Positions 30,034 to 39,023 of a stretch of DNA of 64,000 nucleotides are shown here, one piece after another (position 1 is the stretch's first letter; every line of letters starts with the position of its first letter). Origin of the DNA: Candidatus Poribacteria bacterium (GTDB lineage: Bacteria > Poribacteria > WGA-4E > PCPOR2b); contig OZ220744.1 of the NCBI GenBank assembly GCA_965116925.1, positions 4,128,001 to 4,192,000 on the forward strand. The letters run 5' to 3'. The notes below the pieces were generated by a model, which did not search any database, had not been told where the DNA came from, and saw only the letters and a program-made list of their open reading frames with translations. Both the position numbers and the translations under genes were made by a program.

Positions 30034-30972
30034 ACCCAAGTTGCTAGTTATTGAAAATCCATGGGTTTTCCGTTAAACTTGAGGGGATTGACTCATACCC
30101 CCTCAAAAGGAGAAACCCATGGACCTACAAATTGTAACCATTTTCTATCTCTGTGACAAGCTGTTAGAAGCACTTAACTCAAAAACCTCTCCACAGGCGC
30201 AGATGACTGACGCCGAAGTCATGACCACCGGGGTGGTCGCTGCGTTGTTTTTCGGTGGTAACTTCCAAGTGACTTGTGACTTTCTACACACTCATGGCTA
30301 TATCCCCAATATGCTGTCAAAAAGTCGTTTCAATCGACGGTTGCATCGGATTAAACCGATGTTCATCACATTGTTCAAAATCTTAGCCGAAAGTTATGTA
30401 AAACTCAATCAACAGCAGATTTATGCGATAGATACACTGCCTATTGCGGTCTGTGACAATATCCGCATTAGTCGGTCAAAACTGTATACCGATGAGGCAT
30501 TTCGTGGGTATCAAGCGTCCAAGCGTCGGTACTTCTATGGCTTGAAAGTTCACTTGTTAGTGACAGCGAGCCAACAGCCTGTTGAGTTTTTTCTAACGCC
30601 AGCAAGCATCAGTGATGTCGAGGGATTACAGTATTTTGATTTTGACTTGCCACCGGGCAGTTGTGTCTACGGGGATAAAGCATACAATAACTATGAGATA
30701 GAGGATATATTGGCAACCATTGGAGTGGACCTCAAGCCGACACGCAAACAGAATTCCAAGCGACCTTATCCACAGTGGGAGACCTATGTGGCATCTTGCC
30801 ATCGTAAGTCTGTCGAGACCGCTGGCAGTTTAATTGAGCGATTGCTGCCTCGTTCGATTCATGCTGTAACACAACAAGGATTTGAATTAAAAGTGGTCTT
30901 GTTTGTATTAGCAAGCAGTATATATCAACTTTAACTCCAACCAACTACTCAATTATAGGTAGCAACTTGGGT
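30034..30972 (+). mobile_element. IS982 family insertion sequence
   Basis: TIR ACCCAAGTTGCTA...TAGCAACTTGGGT; flanking AT-rich direct repeat of about 8 bp (TATTTATA-like). Confidence 0.9.
30119..30934 (+). CDS. IS982 family DDE transposase
   Basis: SRFNRR, IDT.P, YFYGLKVH, GDKAY and R..VET motifs. Confidence 0.92.
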   Translation: MDLQIVTIFYLCDKLLEALNSKTSPQAQMTDAEVMTTGVVAALFFGGNFQVTCDFLHTHGYIPNMLSKSRFNRRLHRIKPMFITLFKILAESYVKLNQQQIYAIDTLPIAVCDNIRISRSKLYTDEAFRGYQASKRRYFYGLKVHLLVTASQQPVEFFLTPASISDVEGLQYFDFDLPPGSCVYGDKAYNNYEIEDILATIGVDLKPTRKQNSKRPYPQWETYVASCHRKSVETAGSLIERLLPRSIHAVTQQGFELKVVLFVLASSIYQL

Positions 30973-31210
30973 TATTTATATATTATTCGTAGAACTTCTC
31001 CGTAATTCTGTTCCTCTGTGTGGAGATACTACACCAATCTTCAAACCAAATCAAGTAAAAAGAGAATATCAGCCACCGCCAAAACTGATAAAATCTCTTA
31101 CAATTTTTCTGTCAAATTCCGATTCAATATGTTATTATTTCCCTTACTAATCTTTCCACCTAAGGCGCTTGTAATAAACTATGATCTGGGGAATTTAGGA
31201 AAGGAGGATC

Positions 31211-31624
31211 ATGATGAAAGTCTTCATTAGCCACGCTCACAGCGACGAGACACTTGTAAAGAAAATGGTGGCAATTCTGGAGGAAGTCGGGCTGGAGGTT
31301 TGGGATGACACACGCGAGATCTTACCCGGAGACAATTGGGCAGAACAGGTCGCTCAGGCGTTAAAAGAGTCTGAGGCAATGGTTGTTCTATTGACGCCGG
31401 AGGCAACCCGCTCAAGGTGGGTACGTCGTGAAATTGAGTATGCCCTTGGTGAAAAACGCTACAGCAAACGCCTAATTCCCGTCCTCGTTGGTGACCCAGC
31501 AGATTTTCCACAAGAAGACATCCCATGGATTCTTTGGCGTCTTCAGATGGTAAAACTCGCCGAATATGATAAGGAAGAGGAAGGTATCCGACAGATTGCT
31601 CAAACCCTGCTGGAAGCTGCCTAA
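31211..31624 (+). CDS. Stand-alone TIR domain protein (TIR_2-like)
   Basis: VFISHAHSD, W.D...I.PG.NW and S.WV..EI..A motifs; AAGGAGG SD. Confidence 0.9.
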   Translation: MMKVFISHAHSDETLVKKMVAILEEVGLEVWDDTREILPGDNWAEQVAQALKESEAMVVLLTPEATRSRWVRREIEYALGEKRYSKRLIPVLVGDPADFPQEDIPWILWRLQMVKLAEYDKEEEGIRQIAQTLLEAA

Positions 31625-31639
31625 ACCTCTCTTTCATCA

Positions 31640-32398
31640 TCACTGATACTGCTCCAGATCCCCCTTGTACTCCAACCCCAGCACGCTACGTGACCGCTCC
31701 ACATTGCAAGTTTTACCAGCTTCGGGGGTGCCCACAATATGGAAGATATCGAAGTCAATTGTCGTGGATTCTATTCCGAGACGGCAGGCTTCCGCCAGAT
31801 CGTGTCGACAGACGCAGCCATTCCGCACCGGCGCATCTTCGGAGCCTAGTTCCTCTCGGCGCTTGTTGATTCCCAATCGACTATCCACGATATAATCCGG
31901 ACGCAAGACGATGATGCGGGCCCCGTGAGCGTCGTGAAACTGCCGGCACATCTCCTCCTGCAAACGCTTGCATACCGCGTACTGGCTACCATCAGGTCTT
32001 CTAACCTCCGCCGTAAAAAATATCCCTTTGGGGTGCACAGTCTGGCATGAGCCGATGTGCACCACACGATTAATACCGCGCTGTCGTGCGGATTCCAGCA
32101 CATTCCACAAACCCTTCAAATTAATCAAGAATGACTGCGAATCATCAACGCCGTAGCCCCCGAAAGAGACTGCGAGATGAATAATCGCGTCCATCCCCTC
32201 TGTGGCGTTGTGAACAGCGGAGAAGTCCACAATATCTCCGTGGATGACCTCCCCGCCCTGCCATTCGCCATCAATATCCTTCCAACCCTCCCATGCCTCC
32301 GGTCCCCGATCAAAGGCACGAACCTGATATTTGCCTTTTAGATTGGCAAGCACAGCTCGCCCCATCCAGCCGGCTGCGCCAAACACCACAACCTTCAT
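31640..32398 (-). CDS. NAD-dependent epimerase/dehydratase (extended SDR)
   Basis: GAAGWMG and YAVCK (YxxxK) motifs. Confidence 0.88.
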   Translation of the reverse strand: MKVVVFGAAGWMGRAVLANLKGKYQVRAFDRGPEAWEGWKDIDGEWQGGEVIHGDIVDFSAVHNATEGMDAIIHLAVSFGGYGVDDSQSFLINLKGLWNVLESARQRGINRVVHIGSCQTVHPKGIFFTAEVRRPDGSQYAVCKRLQEEMCRQFHDAHGARIIVLRPDYIVDSRLGINKRREELGSEDAPVRNGCVCRHDLAEACRLGIESTTIDFDIFHIVGTPEAGKTCNVERSRSVLGLEYKGDLEQYQ

Positions 32399-32420
32399 TC
32401 GTCTTATTCCTTTCGTAACC

Positions 32421-33227
32421 CTATTGGATTACACTTGATTTCAGTAACCCCCAAGTGGTTGTCAACTTGCCCTGCGCCTCCACAGCGAAAGGATTCTTTT
32501 CAGGTTCAGTGACATACACGTTATCTACCTCGATGACCGCCTCTAGTGTCCCAAAACCGATTCGCCCCTCTCCCTGTATATTGAAATCCTTCACATCAAA
32601 GAGGGCAGGACCGTAATCACCTAAGGCCGCTGCTCCAGCATTATCTGTGAGGAAAACACGGTAGCCTGCCGAGTGATTTTCGACCTTGATCCAGTAGTCT
32701 TTGCCCCTATCAACTTTCGTTTTCGTTTCGGTTTTTTCAAACTCTTTCACAATGTGCCGTATATGCCGCATCACAACGGATCTTTTTCCATCTTTGTTCA
32801 GTTCCCAGTAAATGACATGACGACGCAGGCTCTGTTGCATCCGGGGTGGCAGAGTATCCTTACCGCCAAAACCCGCCCCTTCATCACTGTGGAATCGCCA
32901 AATGAGGAGTGGACCTTGACCGGCCGCAAGCTTGACCGTTGAATAGAACCAATAGTCATTCCATTCTTCATCCCAATGACCATCGGATACAAGGATCAGA
33001 TTTTTACCGTTTCGCTGGTTCTGTGTCAATTTGCCATTTTTAATAGCCCACGCTCCAGAAACCGTGTGCCATTTTCCTGTACCGTTCAATTTGTCATTCG
33101 CCTTATCGAAAGTATCTTCAAACAAGACTTTCTGTGCTTGAGCCAAAGTTGGTAGGATAAGGATGCCCGCTACAATAAACATTACGGCGAGAATCCATTG
33201 CTTTTGAGAAATTGTCTTAGGAAACAT
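32421..33227 (-). CDS. Secreted beta-sandwich (ConA-like) protein with C-terminal GKLTTTWG tail
   Basis: Signal peptide; G.IGF...DNV motif; FAVEAQGKLTTTWGLLK. Confidence 0.7.
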   Translation of the reverse strand: MFPKTISQKQWILAVMFIVAGILILPTLAQAQKVLFEDTFDKANDKLNGTGKWHTVSGAWAIKNGKLTQNQRNGKNLILVSDGHWDEEWNDYWFYSTVKLAAGQGPLLIWRFHSDEGAGFGGKDTLPPRMQQSLRRHVIYWELNKDGKRSVVMRHIRHIVKEFEKTETKTKVDRGKDYWIKVENHSAGYRVFLTDNAGAAALGDYGPALFDVKDFNIQGEGRIGFGTLEAVIEVDNVYVTEPEKNPFAVEAQGKLTTTWGLLKSSVIQ

Positions 33228-33431
33228 GGTGAATCCTCCCTTTCATTTTAGCAGCCAGACGGGTAAAAGCATCATAATAGACGCTTTAGAAATCTGTTAA
33301 TCGACACTTATAGAAATTATACCCTATTATCCCCCTAGTTTCCAACATGATCTGAACGGTATAGTAATTTTTCGTGGAACTTATCTATATGTACAGTGTG
33401 TTACCCTTCAAACCATAAGGGAGGTTAAAAA

Positions 33432-33823
33432 GTCAGCTACCCCGCCCTGAAGGACGGTGCTTGTTTGTCCGTCCAACGGGTCTTATTGGGATACGCGGTC
33501 TTGGCTCGTAACTTTACACACCCGCCACCGCACGGTCGCAGCAACCGTTTAGAAGCCGTTGCAATCCGTCGGTGACGAAATTGTTTCGACTTCCGGGTGA
33601 AACCTCAGACATACTGCTTGGTAGGCTTTGCCTACGCAATTTTACCTTTCACATCGAAGGGAGAGGGCAGCGAAAAACGAGCGTTTCTCCTAAGTCATCG
33701 AGTTACGAGCATTATTCTCTCACAAATCTACCTAAAAAGTGTAAGGTAGATTCCAAAAACAACAAAAAAGGAGCGCAGTTTCCTCCCCGCTCTAAAGAAC
33801 GGGGTCTCCACTGCGAAGATTTG
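33432..33823 (-). mobile_element. Non-autonomous IS200/IS605-type element (392 bp)
   Basis: Subterminal hairpins CCCCGCCCTGAAGGACGG and CCCCGCTCTAAAGAACGGGG; no TSD; TTCAT immediately 5' on the minus strand. Confidence 0.75.
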
Positions 33824-35338
33824 ATGAAAGCGAATGTATTTCAAACGCGCAGCGTCATTCTCATCTGTGTACTCGCCTTTGGCATACTCCAACATGCTGC
33901 ATGGGCGGCAGATGAACGGCAGACATTGCAAGCACTCAGCAAAAGTTTTACCGTGCTCGCACAGGAAGTTGGAGAAGTAGTTGTTGGAATTGAAACTGAG
34001 CAATCCGACAGAGATAAGGATTGGAAACCTCGCTTTGAAAACTTTGAACGTCGCGACGTATTCCCGTTTGCTCCAGAGGAATTTCATCGTTGGTTGCGCC
34101 CAAACTCAGGCCGAGATGAAAAGTCGGAAGATTACTTTTTCTTCTCCCCTGATCCGCATCAGGAAAAGCGGGAGTATAATGTGATACCTAAAGATATACT
34201 CCCGCACGAGATTGGAAATAAAGTCAATTTCGGATCCGGTATTTTGCTTGATGAACAGGGGCACATTGCTACCGTTGTTGAATTGGTTAACAACAGCAAG
34301 GAAATTACTATCACACTTCAGAACAGCACACGCCTTGATGCTGACGTAGTTGCATCTGACGAAGACACAGGAATTGCTGTGCTGAAAGTTGATACCGATG
34401 GACTTCCAATGACGAAGTTCGGTGACTCGGATGATGTCGTCCTTGGTGAATTGATGGTTGCCTTCGGGCATACCGAAAATCAGGAACCTGCGATTTCCTT
34501 GGGGATGGTCAGCGGCGTTGGACGCAATCCACACATCGTCAATTATGAAAACTGGTTCGCAATTGACACGAATCAGCGTCCCGGTTTAGGTGGTAGTGCA
34601 ATTGTCAGCGCAAAAGGTGAAATCATCGGCATGACCGCTGGCAGCCCATCAAAGGGCGCGTTTGCCATACCGATTAACACAGTTAGGCAGGTCGCTATGG
34701 AATTAATCGAACATGGAAAGGTCCTACGCGGATGGCTTGGTGTTTCGATTCAGGAGATTAATTCAGATCTGGCTGAGAAACTGGGGTTGGATAGACCGAT
34801 GGGTGCCTTAATCAGCAATGTCTATGATGAGACACCTGCTGCAGAATTTGGCTTACAAAGAGGTGATGTAATCGTCGCTATTAACGGTGAAGCGATTAAG
34901 AATGTGAATCACCTCCGCACTACAGTTGCCATGTATAAGCCAACAACCACTGTCTCGGTTTCCATTCTGCGGGATGGTCAAACGCAAGACATCTCTGTGA
35001 CGCTTGGTGAACGTTCCGCACGGGTTGTTCAACATGGCAAAGATTCTGAGGGACACGTAGATCTTTGGAAAGGCCTCTCCGTTCAGAACCTGACAGCCGA
35101 TCTGGCTGAAAAGCTTGGACACACTTCTGACAAAGGGGTGTTAATTGCTGGTGTGACGCCGGGCAGTGTGGCTGCTAAAGCGGGACTCCGCAAAGGGGAC
35201 CTAATTCTTGAGGTCGAGAATCAGCCTGTTCACAGCGTAGCAGAGTTCAAATCGGCAGTGGAGAGGGTGATAAGTGAAGACAAAGTCTTGCTACTCGTAA
35301 AACATGAGGGGCAAGCACGGTATGTCACCGTCAAGTAA
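33824..35338 (+). CDS. HtrA/DegP-like protein with two PDZ domains and no catalytic triad
   Basis: Signal peptide; GSG, FAIP, RGWLGV and GL..GD.I motifs; triad positions hold E, G and G. Confidence 0.88.
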   Translation: MKANVFQTRSVILICVLAFGILQHAAWAADERQTLQALSKSFTVLAQEVGEVVVGIETEQSDRDKDWKPRFENFERRDVFPFAPEEFHRWLRPNSGRDEKSEDYFFFSPDPHQEKREYNVIPKDILPHEIGNKVNFGSGILLDEQGHIATVVELVNNSKEITITLQNSTRLDADVVASDEDTGIAVLKVDTDGLPMTKFGDSDDVVLGELMVAFGHTENQEPAISLGMVSGVGRNPHIVNYENWFAIDTNQRPGLGGSAIVSAKGEIIGMTAGSPSKGAFAIPINTVRQVAMELIEHGKVLRGWLGVSIQEINSDLAEKLGLDRPMGALISNVYDETPAAEFGLQRGDVIVAINGEAIKNVNHLRTTVAMYKPTTTVSVSILRDGQTQDISVTLGERSARVVQHGKDSEGHVDLWKGLSVQNLTADLAEKLGHTSDKGVLIAGVTPGSVAAKAGLRKGDLILEVENQPVHSVAEFKSAVERVISEDKVLLLVKHEGQARYVTVK

Positions 35339-35394
35339 AAACGGGTTCAGATTGTTCAAAACCTGAACACCCCTGTTAAATATTTGCACAAAAC

Positions 35395-35423
35395 TTGACA
35401 TCTTAACGAAGTTATGTTCTAAT
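35395..35423 (+). promoter_or_regulatory. Candidate sigma70 promoter
   Basis: TTGACA-N17-TCTAAT. Confidence 0.55.
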
Positions 35424-35656
35424 TATTTCAGGCTTCGGCGGGATGTCAGTCTTGGCACAAAGATTGCGTATTACTATTGTAATCACATTTGCCTCCAAAA
35501 ATTAATAGCCGGGTCAGTTTTGGGAATTGTGGTTTCCCTAGGTATTTTTCATTCGTTTCGAGGTCCGACTGGCACTCGCCTCGCCTATCAACTGGAATGC
35601 TTCCGTTGAAACGACATTTCCATCACCTGACCCGGCTTTTTTATTACGGATCCACG

Positions 35657-36553
35657 ATGAATCCATTCATTCAAATCGCTCAAGGTGTTATTGGAGCGAT
35701 TCTTATATCTGCCTTCTTCATTCTCAGATCAAGTTTCGGTGAAGCACGGCATACGCTTAGCATCATCGGTGCTATCATTATCTTTATCGCAAGTGGCTAC
35801 ATTCTGCGAACACGGTTAATCCGATGGGGGAGCCGGCAGGTCTGGCTCAAATACCATCAAAGGCTCGCATCGTTAGGATTATCGCTTGTTCTCATCCACT
35901 CAGCAGCCCAACCGCTCGTTTGGCATTCGTGGTTGGCGTTTACGTTAGCACTACTCAATCTTGGCACGGGTGTCGCGGTCAGTTTCACCACACATCGCGC
36001 ACGGCGGATTCTTCTCCGCTGCCATCTGGCACTTGCACCAATCTTGCTGCTTTCCGTTGTCCTACATGGTAGAGAAAAGTTAGACCACGATGAATTCTTT
36101 CCTTTGACTGAGGTTCACGACATCCCATGTGCGAAATGCCATACGTCGGAGAAACTGCTATTTACGATTGATCCACACTTTCAGAGCGATTTAGATAGTG
36201 GAGGGATTGTCTCAGAGGACTTGCAGTGGGAGTTTAATCTGCATGGGACTTCCCTCTCTCGACAGACAACGATTTCAACAAAAGAGACGGATAATCGCTG
36301 GCTGGTAACCGATGAAAAAAACGAGGGTGAATATACAGTCAAGAAAGCGGACGATCGGCTAAGTGTCCATACAGATGCTGTGTACGAGGCTTATACCTGT
36401 CTCACCTGTCATGTTCACAATACCCCGGAGATCCAATTTGACCACGAAAGTCATGGGGTCAAATCCTATAATGCCTGCCTCAACTGCCATCAGACTGTTA
36501 TCAATGGGGTAAAATACGGAACTCGAAAGGCGAATTGGGAGTATAATCCGTGA
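35657..36553 (+). CDS. Membrane protein with C-terminal multiheme c-type cytochrome region
   Basis: Several TM helices containing His; CAKCH, CLTCH and CLNCH motifs. Confidence 0.8.
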   Translation: MNPFIQIAQGVIGAILISAFFILRSSFGEARHTLSIIGAIIIFIASGYILRTRLIRWGSRQVWLKYHQRLASLGLSLVLIHSAAQPLVWHSWLAFTLALLNLGTGVAVSFTTHRARRILLRCHLALAPILLLSVVLHGREKLDHDEFFPLTEVHDIPCAKCHTSEKLLFTIDPHFQSDLDSGGIVSEDLQWEFNLHGTSLSRQTTISTKETDNRWLVTDEKNEGEYTVKKADDRLSVHTDAVYEAYTCLTCHVHNTPEIQFDHESHGVKSYNACLNCHQTVINGVKYGTRKANWEYNP

Positions 36554-36598
36554 TAAGTTGCGAGACAACCACGCTTGATTGGCGATAAGGAGTTGTGC

Positions 36599-37258
36599 AT
36601 GCCTCAAAGCTTCAAACCGGTGACGGTTGGGATATCGGGTGGTTCAGCATCAGGAAAAACGACATTAGCCAAAGTACTGGCAGAAGCACTCGAAGAATTT
36701 TCGCCGGTGATTTTGCACCAAGATTACTACTTCAGGGATTGGTCGGAATACCCGCCGGAAGAACGGGAGAAGGTCATTACTGCAAATCATCCGGAGGCAG
36801 TTCGGTGGGAGGCACTGCTTGGGCATATCCGTCAACTGATCGCACGTCAACCGATTGAAACGCCGCCCGAAGGAACGCGGTCGTTTGCACGAGGAGATGC
36901 GCCTGCCACAATTCAGCCGAGTGATCTGATTATCGTCGAAGGGCATCTTATCCTATGGGAGGCAGCGCTCAGAGACCTGATGGATGTCAAACTCTTCGTT
37001 GATGTTGAACCGCATGAACGGGTGCTGCGCCGTCTGCTACGAGATGTCGCACAACGCGGTGGCGACCTTGAGGGGGCGGTCGCATGGTATCGTCGGGATG
37101 TTATCCCCAATTTCTCAGTTTACACCGAGCCGTGTAAGGCGTATGCGGATCTCGTTGTGCCTTTCCTAGATGAGAATCCCGTGGCGTTGCAGACCCTCGT
37201 TTCAGGGGTACGGGATCGGATTATGAATCAATGTGCTTCGGTGAAACCTGAGATGTGA
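36599..37258 (+). CDS. udk: Uridine kinase family
   Basis: GISGGSASGKTT, QDYY, IIVEG and RRL.RD..RG motifs. Confidence 0.8.
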   Translation: MPQSFKPVTVGISGGSASGKTTLAKVLAEALEEFSPVILHQDYYFRDWSEYPPEEREKVITANHPEAVRWEALLGHIRQLIARQPIETPPEGTRSFARGDAPATIQPSDLIIVEGHLILWEAALRDLMDVKLFVDVEPHERVLRRLLRDVAQRGGDLEGAVAWYRRDVIPNFSVYTEPCKAYADLVVPFLDENPVALQTLVSGVRDRIMNQCASVKPEM

Positions 37259-37300
37259 TGGGTAATAGAAATGCAGCCGTGTGCGCCTGATTAACAGATG

Positions 37301-38842
37301 CTATTCAACCGCTCCAATTGCTGCGGCTTGCGGCGCACGAGTTGGGATTCTTTGCTGCGCTTGCTTATCTGCCGGCACATAGCCGGAGTAATCTGAAATT
37401 TGACCGTGCGTTAGTGCATAGATGGCAACATTGGTCATAAAACGGTAGACGCCGGGCGAGTAGCGCACCCGACGGCTTGGCAGACTGATTGACTCCATCG
37501 CACACATATAGTCTCGACGAATGATCAGCACAGAAAGTTTGTCGCCGATAAAAATGCCTTCAAGAAAATTCCGTGATAGATTATAAGCAGGGCGTCCACT
37601 CGTTAAAAAAAAACCGATTGTCCTACCGGGATGGTAAATGTCAAAGCCGATGGGTGGTCCACCCATCTGATAGAAGTTGTGATAAATTTCATGGCTGTTG
37701 GGGATACGTCCCACATGATATTCTGGCATGATGTGCCGCATATTAGTCAGAAATAGACGGGTCATTGATTGGTCAGCAGCATGGGTACCACAGTCATCAA
37801 AAATGAGGAACCCTTCTTTTTCAACCAGATAGCGCCGCAACGAGACCGCTTCTAATCGAGAGAATTGACTACTCTTGATACTGCGAAGCATTCGCCCGGT
37901 GTCCAATGCTCTTACACCTTTTGCTTTAGTAAGAGCGGGATTATGTCCAGTCATGACGAGAATCGGTGATTTCATCACATTGGCGTCAGTCAACTTTAGT
38001 GCTCCGCCCTCGACGTTCATGTCTGTTTTAATTTTCGTCCGTTCGTTCAACCACTTTGCCCACGCGTTCAACGAAGACGCATCTGCCCACCAATCAGAGA
38101 GGTCATGGCGAAGGCGCGTAAAACGAAAGATCCCACGAATATCACGACCTCTACCAACAACGCGGCCTCCCGGCTCGCCGCGGGGCAGGGGTGGCACTTC
38201 AAGATTACCAAGCATAACGCCATCAACTACCCCGTCCAAGGCGTCCCCGATGGCTCCAACCTCCTTGACCATCGCAAGTTCCAACGGCAACTTGAACCCA
38301 TCAGTGATCCTGACCTGCACAGTCCCCCCAGACGACATTCCACGACCACTGCCTCCAATCCCACGACTCATGCGCCCACCATTTTTACCTGTGCCTATGA
38401 CGACAAATGAAGATAATGCCAGCGCATCAGAAATAGGGGCATCTGTATGTGTTACGCCCTTAGGAATAAGTGTATTGGAGACCACTTTTGGCACATTGGG
38501 GTTGAGGGGGGCATTAAGTTTCAAGGCTTGATTTGAAAACGTGGAGACGGTCTGCGGTTGGACAGTGGCTGTACGAACGCCAGCCGCATTTGTCGTTCTC
38601 GGTTGGGTTTTAACCGGTTCAACGATGACCGTGTTTTTGACTGGCACCTCTGGCTTTTGAACGGGTTTGATGACGGGTTTCCGAACTTGGGGTTTGGGTG
38701 GCGGATTCGCTGGTTGCAAAACTTCAATGCCTATCAAATCCTTAAATGATTGGGTTTGTGTTACTAGATACCCTCCAATAATAGCAGCAAGACACAGATG
38801 GATTGCTAAAGAGATAAACCAAGAACGCGAAACGGTGGACAT
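37301..38842 (-). CDS. Membrane-anchored DUF4159-like protein (DW/TGH/DDC type)
   Basis: N-terminal TM and Pro-rich linker; SDWWAD, P.LVMTGH, GFLIFDDCG, HEIYH.FY and LEGI motifs. Confidence 0.8.
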   Translation of the reverse strand: MSTVSRSWFISLAIHLCLAAIIGGYLVTQTQSFKDLIGIEVLQPANPPPKPQVRKPVIKPVQKPEVPVKNTVIVEPVKTQPRTTNAAGVRTATVQPQTVSTFSNQALKLNAPLNPNVPKVVSNTLIPKGVTHTDAPISDALALSSFVVIGTGKNGGRMSRGIGGSGRGMSSGGTVQVRITDGFKLPLELAMVKEVGAIGDALDGVVDGVMLGNLEVPPLPRGEPGGRVVGRGRDIRGIFRFTRLRHDLSDWWADASSLNAWAKWLNERTKIKTDMNVEGGALKLTDANVMKSPILVMTGHNPALTKAKGVRALDTGRMLRSIKSSQFSRLEAVSLRRYLVEKEGFLIFDDCGTHAADQSMTRLFLTNMRHIMPEYHVGRIPNSHEIYHNFYQMGGPPIGFDIYHPGRTIGFFLTSGRPAYNLSRNFLEGIFIGDKLSVLIIRRDYMCAMESISLPSRRVRYSPGVYRFMTNVAIYALTHGQISDYSGYVPADKQAQQRIPTRAPQAAAIGAVE

Positions 38843-38933
38843 AATTTTTATCCCCTTACTCCTGAAGTTTTATCATATGAATGACGCTTTAGCCAAGTGC
38901 TATGAGTCTATCGATTGGATTGCCATAAAACCC

Positions 38934-38960
38934 AAAAAGCGCCGCTAAACAGCGACGCTT
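38934..38960 (-). terminator. Intrinsic terminator (duplicate of 23530)
   Basis: Reverse complement of the 23530-23556 hairpin. Confidence 0.7.
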
Positions 38961-39023
38961 CGGTTTGAAAGCTAATGTTGTTGTTTCAGATAGGGCAGAT
39001 ACCATCATTCACGCCATGCCTCA

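Noticed and set aside
33572..33823. 84-codon N-terminal extension of the HtrA-like ORF
   Set aside because: It lies inside the inserted element; the signal peptide begins at ATG 33824
33432..33823. IStron (self-splicing group I intron)
   Set aside because: No recognisable group I core by eye, and the 5' flank ends in A rather than U; an Infernal search would settle it
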